From Planctomycetota bacterium (GTDB taxonomy: Bacteria > Planctomycetota > PLA2 > JAEUHO01), in contig JAJDEM010000264.1 of assembly GCA_029259795.1 (NCBI GenBank), forward strand, positions 1-43,561: 43,561 nucleotides of DNA, read 5' to 3'. Below are positions 34,001-41,010 of this stretch, piece after piece (positions within the stretch are counted from its first letter, which is position 1; each line of letters opens with the position of its first letter). Below the pieces are notes generated by a model that saw nothing but the letters and a program-made list of their open reading frames with translations, had not been told where the DNA came from and made no database searches. The position numbers and the translations under genes were made by a program.

Positions 34001-34425
34001 GAGACGCTGCGCTGCGCGTTGTTCTCCCCGGTGCCGACCCAGACCGTGTTGCTGTTGGAGGGGTCGAGGGTCACGCAGCCGATGGAGTAGGAGCCTTGGC
34101 CGTCGAAGATGGGCTTCCAGGTCGTACCCGCATTCGCGGTCTTCCAGACGCCGCCGGAGCAGGCCGCGACATACCAGGTGCTGGGCTTCTCGGGCACGAC
34201 GGCGATGTCTCCGACGCGACCGGCCATCAGAGCCGGCCCGATGGAGCGGAACGCCAGTCCCCCGATGTCACCGCGATCCAGACCCTTCTCGTCGGGCGTA
34301 GGCGGCTCGTCGTCCGGCTCGTCTTCGGCGTGCCCCGGGGCGGCGAGGAGCAACCCGAGGAGTGCGGCGGCGGCGAAGCACCAGCGGAAGCGGCGGGAAG
34401 GAGCGAGCATCGAGAGGAGCGTCAT
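31096..34425 (-). CDS. Secreted BNR/Asp-box repeat protein, sortilin/VPS10-like double beta-propeller
   Basis: Signal peptide (FAAAALLGLLLAAPGHA). Nine or more Asp-boxes: SDDGGASWK, TTDGGATWK, STDAGMTWQ, STDRGASWH, TNDGGSTF, TDDRGESWT, TENGGAAWR, SKDRGTTWT, SIDRGAHWV. A ~330-aa C-terminal region follows. Confidence 0.9.
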   Translation of the reverse strand: MTLLSMLAPSRRFRWCFAAAALLGLLLAAPGHAEDEPDDEPPTPDEKGLDRGDIGGLAFRSIGPALMAGRVGDIAVVPEKPSTWYVAACSGGVWKTANAGTTWKPIFDGQGSYSIGCVTLDPSNSNTVWVGTGENNAQRSVSFGDGVYRSDDGGASWKNTGLKASEHIGMIKVDPRNSQVVYVAAQGPLWAAGGDRGLYKTTDGGATWKRVLHVSDDTGVNEVHFDPRNPDVLYASSWQRRRHVWTLIDGGPESTIYKSTDAGMTWQKIEKGLPGVDKGRIGLGVSPVNPDIVYAIVEAAQGKSAFYRSTDRGASWHKRGSYKPSGAQYYNEIVCDPVNADRVYALHTILRVTNDGGSTFTAMPRKNRHVDDHALWIDPKDNTHLVVGCDGGVYDTHDLGKNWHFKANQPITQINRVSVDESQPFYFVYGGTQDNNSQGGPSRTTDKVGITNADWFITVGGDGYETRVDPEDPNTVYSQWQYGGLVRHDRRSGERVDIKPRAAPDDDPLRWNWDSPLILSAHSPQRLYFAANRLFQTDDRGESWTAISGDLTRQIDRNQLKVMGRIQSPDAVAKDDSTSFYGTIVSLDESPLDASLLYVGTDDGLVQVTENGGAAWRTIETFPDIPANTFVSCLTASPTEKDTVYAAFDNHKQGDFKPYLLMSKDRGTTWTSIASDLPERNVVYSILQDHGRPDLLFAGTEFGVYTSIDRGAHWVRLKNGLPTIAVRDMVIQKRENDLVLGTFGRGFYILDDYTPLRHITEENLQSPAVVYPVKPALRYVERSRLGGGNGLGFQGAGHYRAPNPAFGAVFSYRLSEKLLSRKEARRKQEKALRKKGEEIPYPSLEALRAEAEERDPQVLLVVRDDSGAVVARVGGPRGRGLHRVSWNLRYPGIRPVTVQGSGAPAKSNGPLALPGTYTVELVAVADGVPSRLHAPVPFDVLPLDHATFAAKDKPAALEFQRRAARLERAVLASGRVLGEWRTGLDHLRQAVLDTGAADLADLKHVAAAREQLRSLQTRLGGDATRRAQDRPSLPGIRQRIHGVTSNLGSVTSAPTPSQIAEVERTEALFTALHADLLAFAAGPYAELRRRQEAAGAPWIPAQLPRWEPK

Positions 34426-34654
34426 GGCCGCAGGCTATCAACCCGGCCGAAGATGCGCCTCGGCTCGGCGAGATGGGAAAAGGGGAGAGGGCACCTTTCC
34501 CCTTGCTGTGCCGCGCGGTCTCACCGCGGCGGTGCATCCAGTCCGCGCGGGAGCGCGGAACGCCCCACGGGGGATCGGGGGCCGTTTCCACTGGAGAAGT
34601 GACAGCACCGCCCCGGTGAAACGTACCGGTGGGGGGAGGCGTGGAAGCCAGGGG

Positions 34655-34803
34655 GCCGGGGCGGTGACTGTCAGGTCGCCTGTTGGCGAAACAGGCTGAC
34701 CGGGGGTTGTTCGATCGAGGGTTACGAGCCGCCCGGCTTCATTCCACTACGCCGTGCGACTCAGGGGGGAATGCGCAGACCGCGCGCGCGGTATCAGATT
34801 TTT
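34655..34803 (+). promoter_or_regulatory. Candidate structured RNA leader upstream of ybaN-MOSC (family unknown)
   Basis: A long-range helix pairs GCCGGGGCGG (34655-34664) with CCGCCCGGC (34729-34737). It encloses hairpin GGTCGCCTGTT-ggcga-AACAGGCtGACC (34674-34701). The self-complementary ACCGCGCGCGCGGT (34779-34792) is followed 6 nt later by TTTTT (34799-34803). The strand and the RNA's existence are unproven. Confidence 0.3.
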
Positions 34804-34865
34804 CTCGCATGGGATTCCGGCAAAAAGAGGGCCGTGGCCTCCGGGGTCCGTGTACGCCCAGGGGC

Positions 34866-35297
34866 ATGGCCGCCTTGACCGACCCGCCGCCCCGCCCGCC
34901 CCCGGGGCGACCGCGTGGTCTGCGGCGGCTGTTCCTGCTTGCGACCGGCTGTGTCGCGCTCGTGCTCGGCCTGCTCGGTGTGGTGCTCCCCCTGCTGCCG
35001 ACGACGCCGTTCATCCTCCTTGCGGCTGGGTGCTTCGCCGGGGCCTGGCCGGCGATGCATCGGCGGCTGGCCGGGAGCCGGCTCTTCGGGCCGATGCTCG
35101 AGTCCGAGCCCGGCGCGCGGCACATCCCCGTGCCCACGAAGATCTACGCGATCGCATTCACTTGGGTCTCGATTGGAGCCACGATCGTGTTCGCCGTCGA
35201 CGCCTTGTGGCTGCGCGGGCTCTTGGTCGCCATTGCCCTGGGCGTGACGGGGTTCCTCGTGTGGATGCCATCGCGTCCGCGCCCGCCCCTCGGCTAG
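34866..35297 (+). CDS. ybaN: DUF454/YbaN-family inner-membrane protein
   Basis: LGLLGVVLPLLPTTPFILLAAGCFA is the signature, followed by two further TM helices. The track start 34683 is in noncoding-looking sequence. I prefer ATG 34866; an alternative is ATG 34809. Confidence 0.75.
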   Translation: MAALTDPPPRPPPGRPRGLRRLFLLATGCVALVLGLLGVVLPLLPTTPFILLAAGCFAGAWPAMHRRLAGSRLFGPMLESEPGARHIPVPTKIYAIAFTWVSIGATIVFAVDALWLRGLLVAIALGVTGFLVWMPSRPRPPLG

Positions 35298-35306
35298 CCT
35301 GTCGCC

Positions 35307-35756
35307 ATGGATACCCAGCACACCGTCGAGCGCGTCTGGACCCGCCCCACCAAGGGCGGGGCCCTCGAAGCCCAGGAGGCGCTCGTTCTTGAAGCAGGGC
35401 AGGGCGTCGTGGGCGACCACACGCTTGGCGGCAAGCGCCAGGTCACACTCGTGTTTGCCGACGATTGGCAGGCCGCGACGGCGCAGGCGGGCGTCGAGCT
35501 CGACCCCAGTGCACGACGGGCCAACGTGCTGCTCAGCGGAGGGGGCGCGTTGCCCCTGATCGGCTCGAGCGTCAGGCTTGGCGACGCGCGCATCGAGGTA
35601 CTGGGCGAGACCTGCCCTTGCAGTGTCATGGACGCCGCCGCGGAGGGCCTCAAGGAAGCGCTGAGGCCCGCGGGCCGCGGCGGCGTGTGGGGGCGCATTG
35701 TCGAGGGTGGGACCGTGCGGCCCTCCGATGTGCTTGTCGTGGAGACATCCGCGTAG
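35307..35756 (+). CDS. MOSC-domain protein (YiiM-like)
   Basis: GDHTLGGKRQVTLV, ANVLLSG and the conserved Cys region GETCPCSVMD. It starts 9 nt after ybaN. Confidence 0.85.
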   Translation: MDTQHTVERVWTRPTKGGALEAQEALVLEAGQGVVGDHTLGGKRQVTLVFADDWQAATAQAGVELDPSARRANVLLSGGGALPLIGSSVRLGDARIEVLGETCPCSVMDAAAEGLKEALRPAGRGGVWGRIVEGGTVRPSDVLVVETSA

Positions 35757-35832
35757 CCAACTCTGATAGCTGGGCTGTGGACTGCGCATGGTTCCGTAGG
35801 CATGGCTCGCAGGACAAGGAACCCGGAATCGC

Positions 35833-36954
35833 ATGGCCGACGAAGCCCCGCCTGCCCTGAGCGCCGAGCAGTTCCAGCGGGTCGCCGCGTTGTTTGGCGA
35901 GGCTTTGGGTGCCAGTGCCGATCCCGCGGTACGCGAGGCCTTGGCTCGCGAGCACGCGGCGGACGACCCGGCAGTCCTGCGCGAGGTCCTCGCCATGTTG
36001 GCCTTCCACGGTGACGACGACCCGACGACCAGTGACGGCCTGGACGCGCGGGCCGGAGCCGCGGTCCGCGCGGAGACGCGCCGGATGGGCGACACCCTCT
36101 ACGAGCCCACGCCCGAGACGGTGGGGCCGTTTCACATCGTTCGCCATGTGGCTACGGGCGGCATGGGGACGGTCTACGAGGCGCTGCAGGCTTCCCCGCG
36201 GCGCCGCGTTGCCTTGAAGATCATCCGGAGCGTCTTCCGGACGCCGCGGGCGATTCGCCGCTTTGAAAAGGAGGGCGAGCTGCTCTCGAGACTCGACCAC
36301 CCCGGCATCGCGAAGATCCTCGGAATGGGTCGCGCGGAGACGCCCACCGGCAACGCGCCCTACATCGTGATGGAGTTCGTCGACGGCGTTCCCATTACGG
36401 AGCACGTGCGCCAGGCCGACCCGTCGATCGGGGAGCGCCTCGAGCTGGTGGCGGCCGTGTGCGATGCGCTGCAGTCCGCGCATGACACCGGCATCATTCA
36501 TCGCGACATCAAGCCCTCGAACATCCTGGTCGAGAAGCGGGGCACCCCACGGCTGGTCGACTTCGGGATCGCGCGCACGTTTGGCGGCAAGTCGGCCGTG
36601 GCGAGCTCGATCAGTCTCAGTGGCCAGTTCCTCGGCACGCTCGCCTACGTGAGCCCCGAGCAGGCGCGCGCGGGGCGCGAGCCGGTGGACGTGCGCGCAG
36701 ACGTCTACTCGATTGCTGCTGTGGGCTACCAGTTGCTGGTCGGCGAGCCGCCGCATGATCTGCGCGACATGACGGTGCCGGAGGCCTACGCCGTACTCAC
36801 GGGCGAGCCGGCCAAGCCGCTCAGCGCCCGTGACGCCCGCCTAGGCGAGGGTCTCAGTCGCATCTTCGCGCGCGCCCTGGAGGCCAAGCGCGAGGCGCGC
36901 TTCCCCAGTGCCCAGGCCTTCGCTGCGGCCATCCGAAGCCAGCGGGAGGTGTAG
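35833..36954 (+). CDS. Ser/Thr protein kinase (Hanks type), soluble, no C-terminal sensor domain
   Basis: GGMGTVYEA...VALK, HRDIKPSNILV, DFGIAR, YVSPEQ. The N-terminal ~95-aa helical extension is LSAEQFQRVAALFGEALGA...VLREVLAMLAFH. Confidence 0.92.
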   Translation: MADEAPPALSAEQFQRVAALFGEALGASADPAVREALAREHAADDPAVLREVLAMLAFHGDDDPTTSDGLDARAGAAVRAETRRMGDTLYEPTPETVGPFHIVRHVATGGMGTVYEALQASPRRRVALKIIRSVFRTPRAIRRFEKEGELLSRLDHPGIAKILGMGRAETPTGNAPYIVMEFVDGVPITEHVRQADPSIGERLELVAAVCDALQSAHDTGIIHRDIKPSNILVEKRGTPRLVDFGIARTFGGKSAVASSISLSGQFLGTLAYVSPEQARAGREPVDVRADVYSIAAVGYQLLVGEPPHDLRDMTVPEAYAVLTGEPAKPLSARDARLGEGLSRIFARALEAKREARFPSAQAFAAAIRSQREV

Positions 36955-36995
36955 GCCGGAGACGTTGCGGGCCCAGGCTCGTATGCTGGGCGCCG

Positions 36996-37565
36996 ATGGA
37001 CGCGGAACGCCAGCAGGAAGCCACAGACCTACTCCTCGCCATGCGCGGGCGGGGTGCCTCGGAGGATCCGCGCCTCGACCCGCTCGTTTACGAGGAGGTC
37101 CGCCGCCTCGCGCACAAGATCATGCAGAGCGAGCGGGCATCGCACACGCTCCAGCCGACCGCCTTGGCCAACGAGGCGTACGCGCGGCTCATCGACTCGA
37201 GCCGTGTACAGCTCAAGGACCGCTCGCACTTCTTGGCGTTGGCCGCTCGGGCCATGCGCAGGATCCTCGTCGACCACGCCCGACGCCGCGGCGCCGCAAA
37301 GCGCGGCGGTGGCTGGGAGCAGGTGACCTTGGCCGACGTCGGCGCGGATGGCGAGAACGCCCTCGACCTGCTCGCGCTCGACGAGGCCCTCGCTGCGCTC
37401 GCGGACCTCGATGAGCGCAAGGCGTTGATCGTCGAGCTGCGCTACTTCGCCGGCATGAGCGTCGCGGAGGTCGCGCAAGCGCTGGACCTCTCGGAAGCCT
37501 CGATCCGCGGCGACTGGTACGTCGCCCGCGCGTGGCTCGGCGCCCGACTCCAGGCCGGCACGTAG
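36996..37565 (+). CDS. ECF-type sigma-70 factor (TIGR02999-like, kinase-associated group)
   Basis: LVYEEVRRLAHKIMQSERASHTLQPTALANEAYARL is region 2. ELRYFAGMSVAEVAQALDLSEASIRGDWYVARAWL is region 4. It starts 41 nt after the kinase. Confidence 0.9.
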   Translation: MDAERQQEATDLLLAMRGRGASEDPRLDPLVYEEVRRLAHKIMQSERASHTLQPTALANEAYARLIDSSRVQLKDRSHFLALAARAMRRILVDHARRRGAAKRGGGWEQVTLADVGADGENALDLLALDEALAALADLDERKALIVELRYFAGMSVAEVAQALDLSEASIRGDWYVARAWLGARLQAGT

Positions 37566-37782
37566 CGTCTGCCCGCCTGGAGGGGCGCGGCCGCCCGATG
37601 ACCGGAGGGCGACACGACGCAGGGCCCCGCGAGCTGCGGCGAGGTCGATCTGAAGGACGTCTCGGTCGCGGCGGTCCTGATGTTGGTCTCGCAGATGGCT
37701 GGACCGGAGGCGACATGGATGTACAAGTCCAAGGGCTACGTCCTTACACAGGACGCGTTCCTGCCTGTGAGATGATGCCTCG

Positions 37783-38298
37783 ATGGTCAACCCCAGCAAC
37801 TACGCCCCGATCCTGACCCTGGAGGCCTTCGCGGCCCTCCGTGACGAGCAGGACCTCGGCGTCATCGTCTGTACGTCCGGCGGCTACGACCCCATTCACC
37901 CGGGGCACATCTCGTGCATCGTGGAGTCTCAGGCCCTCGGCGACACCATGGTCGTTGTCGTGAACGGCGATGCCTTCCTGCGAGCCAAGAAGGGGCGCGC
38001 GTTCCAGTCCCTCGAGACGCGCTGCAAGATCGTGTCCGGCTTGCGCGGGGTGGACTACGTCGTGTCCTTCGAGATCGAGGGCGACATGACCGTCGCGCCG
38101 GCGCTGCGCGCGATTCGCCCGCGCTACTTCACCAAGGGGGGTGACCGCCAGAAGGGCTCCACCATGCCGCCCATCGAGGAGCAGGCCTGCGAGGCGTTCG
38201 GGATCGAGCTCGTCGACGGCATCGGCTTCGACAAGGCCTGGTCGAGCAGTGACTCGCTCAAGGAGTGGGGCGAGTTCGTCCGGCAGCGCGACGCGTGA
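37783..38298 (+). CDS. Cytidylyl/adenylyltransferase-family protein (RfaE domain II / TagD-like)
   Basis: VCTSGGYDPIHPGH (HxGH nucleotidyltransferase motif), VVVNGDAFL, RGVDYVV. Confidence 0.8.
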   Translation: MVNPSNYAPILTLEAFAALRDEQDLGVIVCTSGGYDPIHPGHISCIVESQALGDTMVVVVNGDAFLRAKKGRAFQSLETRCKIVSGLRGVDYVVSFEIEGDMTVAPALRAIRPRYFTKGGDRQKGSTMPPIEEQACEAFGIELVDGIGFDKAWSSSDSLKEWGEFVRQRDA

Positions 38299-38357
38299 GC
38301 CGGTCGCTCTGCCTCATCCAGAAGTGACGCAAGACGCCGGGCGGCGAAGCTCGTAGC

Positions 38358-38744
38358 ATGGCGCCCATGAGCGAAAGCCCGAACTACGACATGCACATGG
38401 ACGTCCTCTTCGAGGCGCTGTCCCTGATCGACGTACCCAAGCTCGTAGCCGAGTGCACCGAGCCCTGGTGGAACCAGACGCTGTGCGAGGTGAACGACTG
38501 CGTCGTGCGCCTTGGCATCATCCACGGCGAGTTCCACTGGCATAAGCATGACGAAGAGGATGAGTTCTTTTTCGTGCTGCAGGGCCAGCTGCATATCGAT
38601 GTCGAGGAGCGGGAGAGCGTGACACTTGACGTCCACCAGGGCTACACGGTGCCGCGAGGCGTCGTCCACCGGACGCGCGCACCGGAGCAGGTCGTCATGC
38701 TGATGATCGAGAAGGCGAGCGTCGTCCCGACGGGCGACGCGTAG
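38358..38744 (+). CDS. Cupin-domain protein
   Basis: GEFHWHKHDEEDEFFFVLQG...VPRGVVHRT are cupin motifs 1 and 2. 128 aa. Confidence 0.75.
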   Translation: MAPMSESPNYDMHMDVLFEALSLIDVPKLVAECTEPWWNQTLCEVNDCVVRLGIIHGEFHWHKHDEEDEFFFVLQGQLHIDVEERESVTLDVHQGYTVPRGVVHRTRAPEQVVMLMIEKASVVPTGDA

Positions 38745-38764
38745 CCGTAACGCGGTCGGCTGCG

Positions 38765-38922
38765 TGCTCGCAGACGCGTGTGTCTACTTGCTCGCAGACT
38801 CGTGTGTCTACTTGCTCGCAGACGCGTGTGTCTACTTGCTCGCAGACTCGTGTGTCTACTTGCTCGCAGACGCGTGTGTCTACTTGCTCGCAGACGCGTG
38901 TGTCTACTTGCTCGCAGACTCG
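38765..38922. repeat. 24-bp tandem direct repeat, 6 full + 1 partial copies (GCTCGCAGAC[G/T]CGTGTGTCTACTT)
   Basis: Read directly. Copies start at 38766, 38790, 38814, 38838, 38862 and 38886, with a partial copy at 38910-38922. Position 11 reads G,T,G,T,G,G,T. There are no spacers. The array lies between convergent genes, and its last copy is the 3' end of CDS 38904..40340. Confidence 0.95.
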
Positions 38923-40340
38923 CGGAGCCACCGCTTGAGGCGTGCCTCCGCGTCCTCGACGGTCATCTTCAGGGAGCCGGCGAACGCCTTGTCGATGTCC
39001 TTGCCTTCCGCGATCAAGCGCAGGAGCGCGTTGACCTCGGCCGGCGCACGGGCTTCGTGGAGCCAGGCGACGAAGGCGTAGCCGGCCAGGAAGTCACGCG
39101 GTCCGAGGTGGCCCGTCTTGCGGCCCAGGACGAGGCGCAGCGTGGCGGGGTCGCGCGAGAGCATGAGCTTGCGCGCCTCGGCCATCCAGTCCGTCGCGCT
39201 GCTGAACAGGCTCTTGAAGAGGGGGTCCTGCCCGTAGCGCCCGAAGTCCACCGTGAAGGAGAGGTGCGTGCCGGTCAGCCAGGTCATGTTGTAGAGCGCA
39301 AAGCCGTCCGCGATCCAGCCAGTCATCCACTCGCTGCGCCCTTCGGCGAAGCGCTCGGCAAGCAGGTGTGCCGTCGCGACCGAGATGCATGAGTCGAGCG
39401 TGCCCTGCTGCGTCTTCATCAAGTCGATGAACTTGCCGTGCCCGACATAGGCGCCACTCAAGCCACGGAGCAGCTTGCGGTCACCACGCACATCGGGGTG
39501 CTGATCGATCATCGTTGTGTAGTGCGAGCGGCCGCGCAGGATGTAGAGCGTGAAGTAGTCACGGGTCTTGAACGTTCCACCAAACTGTGCGCCCATCTGG
39601 GCCTCAGTCGCATGAACGAGCCGGATGACCGCCTCGAGCTGCGCCGGGGAGGCCGTGCCGAACGCGCTGACCCGTTGCGTCCCGCGGCCCTCGGCCCAGG
39701 GCAACTCGAGCGCGCGCGCCGCCGCGGGCGTTGCCCGCTTCACGATCTTCGGGCGCGCCGCGAGCGCGGCCTTGGCCGCCTCACGCATGCCCTGTTGCCG
39801 GCGCAGCGAGCGCACGGTGTCGGCCGAGCGCCAGACGCCCTCATGCAACTCAAGGCCGGCAAGGGAGAGCAGGTCCGGATCGTCGCCGAGCAGAGGGCGC
39901 CATGTGGCCACCGCCTCTGCGCGGGCCTGGAAGTCGAGTGCGGGCGAGGCATTCCGAATCGCTGCGAGCACCTTGGGGCGGATGGCGTTCAAGATCGCCG
40001 CACGGCGCGTTGCGTACTCCGGGAGGCTCTGGGGCTTGCGGTTCACGGGCGGCTTGAACGGTGACTTGCGGGTCCAGGAGCCGTCTTTGGCTCGCTTGTA
40101 GCGCAGCCACATGCGCGCCTTGGCGTGATCGGGGTCGAACGTGAGGATCGTCTCGGCGCACGCATTGCGCGCGAGGAAGAGTTGGCGCTTCACGCACCAG
40201 GCGCCGAGGGCTTCGAGCTCGGCCGCCAGTTCGGTCTGCAGGGCCGCGTTGGCGCTGGCGTAGGACTCGGCGGCCGAGGCCGGGCGCGCAGCACCCAGCA
40301 CGAGCACGAATGCGACGGCGAGGGGTGCGAGTCGGCCCAC
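38904..40340 (-). CDS. Secreted hypothetical protein (478 aa)
   Basis: GTG 40340 has GAGG 7 nt upstream and lies 2 nt after the HAD stop; an alternative TTG 40346 overlaps that stop. It gives signal peptide (M)GRLAPLAVAFVLVLGAARPASA|AE. The track extension to 40892 is Arg-rich and overlaps the HAD gene. No family recognised. Confidence 0.75.
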   Translation of the reverse strand: MGRLAPLAVAFVLVLGAARPASAAESYASANAALQTELAAELEALGAWCVKRQLFLARNACAETILTFDPDHAKARMWLRYKRAKDGSWTRKSPFKPPVNRKPQSLPEYATRRAAILNAIRPKVLAAIRNASPALDFQARAEAVATWRPLLGDDPDLLSLAGLELHEGVWRSADTVRSLRRQQGMREAAKAALAARPKIVKRATPAAARALELPWAEGRGTQRVSAFGTASPAQLEAVIRLVHATEAQMGAQFGGTFKTRDYFTLYILRGRSHYTTMIDQHPDVRGDRKLLRGLSGAYVGHGKFIDLMKTQQGTLDSCISVATAHLLAERFAEGRSEWMTGWIADGFALYNMTWLTGTHLSFTVDFGRYGQDPLFKSLFSSATDWMAEARKLMLSRDPATLRLVLGRKTGHLGPRDFLAGYAFVAWLHEARAPAEVNALLRLIAEGKDIDKAFAGSLKMTVEDAEARLKRWLRESASK

Positions 40341-40342
40341 GC

Positions 40343-40996
40343 TCAAGCCTCGGCCATCCGCTGAAGCAGCGCGGGGAGCGCCGTCATGGACTCGAGATCG
40401 TGCGCCGCACCGGTGGCCATGGGGATCCCGTGGCCTGTGTAGCCGACGGCGCGCATGCCGGCTGCCGCAGCCGCAGCCAGGCCACTCTCGCTGTCCTCGA
40501 TGACGACGCAGTGCTCGGGGAGCGCCCCGAGGGACGCCGCGGCATGCAGGAACAAGCCGGGGTCGGGCTTGTAGAGGCCGACTTCGTAGGCCGTGAAGAT
40601 CCGTCCGTCGAAGCGCCCAAGCAACGCCGTGGTGCCGAGCGTCGTCTCCATCTTCTTGCGGGGACCGTTGCTGGCGACGCAGTAGGGGAGGCCGAGGGCG
40701 TCGATGCCGTCCAGGGCCTCGCGGATGCCGGGCACGGCCTCGACATCGCGCGCGAGTCGCTCGAACAGGAGCTTGCGGAACCGGGCGACGTAGTCCTCGG
40801 GCAGCCGCGCGCCCAGCTCGCGTTCGGCCGCCGCCATGACGCCCGCCAGGGAGCCGCCGCGAAAGCCTTTCACGACGTCGGCGAGGGTCCACTGCAGGCC
40901 TTCGTCCGCGAGGCTGTCGGCGATCGTCTGGGAGGTGATGGTCTCACTGTCCACCAGGACGCCGTCGCAGTCGAAGATGATGAGATCGATGCGCAT
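40343..40996 (-). CDS. HAD-superfamily hydrolase (subfamily IA, beta-phosphoglucomutase/phosphatase-like)
   Basis: MRIDLIIFDCDGVLVDS (DxD motif I), VASNG (motif II), LYKPDP (Lys motif III), IEDSESG (motif IV). The track ORF 40343..41989 N-terminal extension is rejected. Confidence 0.9.
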   Translation of the reverse strand: MRIDLIIFDCDGVLVDSETITSQTIADSLADEGLQWTLADVVKGFRGGSLAGVMAAAERELGARLPEDYVARFRKLLFERLARDVEAVPGIREALDGIDALGLPYCVASNGPRKKMETTLGTTALLGRFDGRIFTAYEVGLYKPDPGLFLHAAASLGALPEHCVVIEDSESGLAAAAAAGMRAVGYTGHGIPMATGAAHDLESMTALPALLQRMAEA

Positions 40997-41010
40997 GCCC
41001 GGCAGGGTAC

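Noticed and set aside
34530-34760. Cobalamin riboswitch, ZTP (pfl) riboswitch, SRP/4.5S RNA or tmRNA in the ybaN upstream region
   Set aside because: Fragments resemble pieces of these families: GGTGAAA, CACTGG and GAAGCC for B12; GGTGACTG...ACCGGGGG...CCGCCCGGC for ZTP; GTCAGGTC for SRP. They are in the wrong order or spacing, and the key boxes (B12 box, GGCG/CCGCCUGGGC pseudoknot, GNAR-loop domain IV) are not intact. I cannot call any family without a covariance-model search.
33112-36756. ORFs 32287..33102, 33112..34602 (496 aa), 34794..36095 (433 aa, minus), 35650..36756 (368 aa, minus)
   Set aside because: They are antisense to the BNR protein, ybaN/MOSC and the Ser/Thr kinase respectively. 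They show Arg/Gly/His-rich junk composition.
38765-38922. CRISPR array
   Set aside because: The repeats are directly abutting with no spacers. The unit is 24 bp and there are no cas genes in the window. This is a tandem repeat, not a CRISPR.
38695-39081. Repeat-encoded ORFs 38695..38931(-) (..RVCEQVDT.. x6) and 38764..39081(+) (..LLADACVY.. x6)
   Set aside because: They exist only because a 24-bp (8-codon) DNA repeat is read in open frames. They lack an SD or start context, they overlap a well-supported CDS end, and the repeat is better explained at DNA/RNA level.
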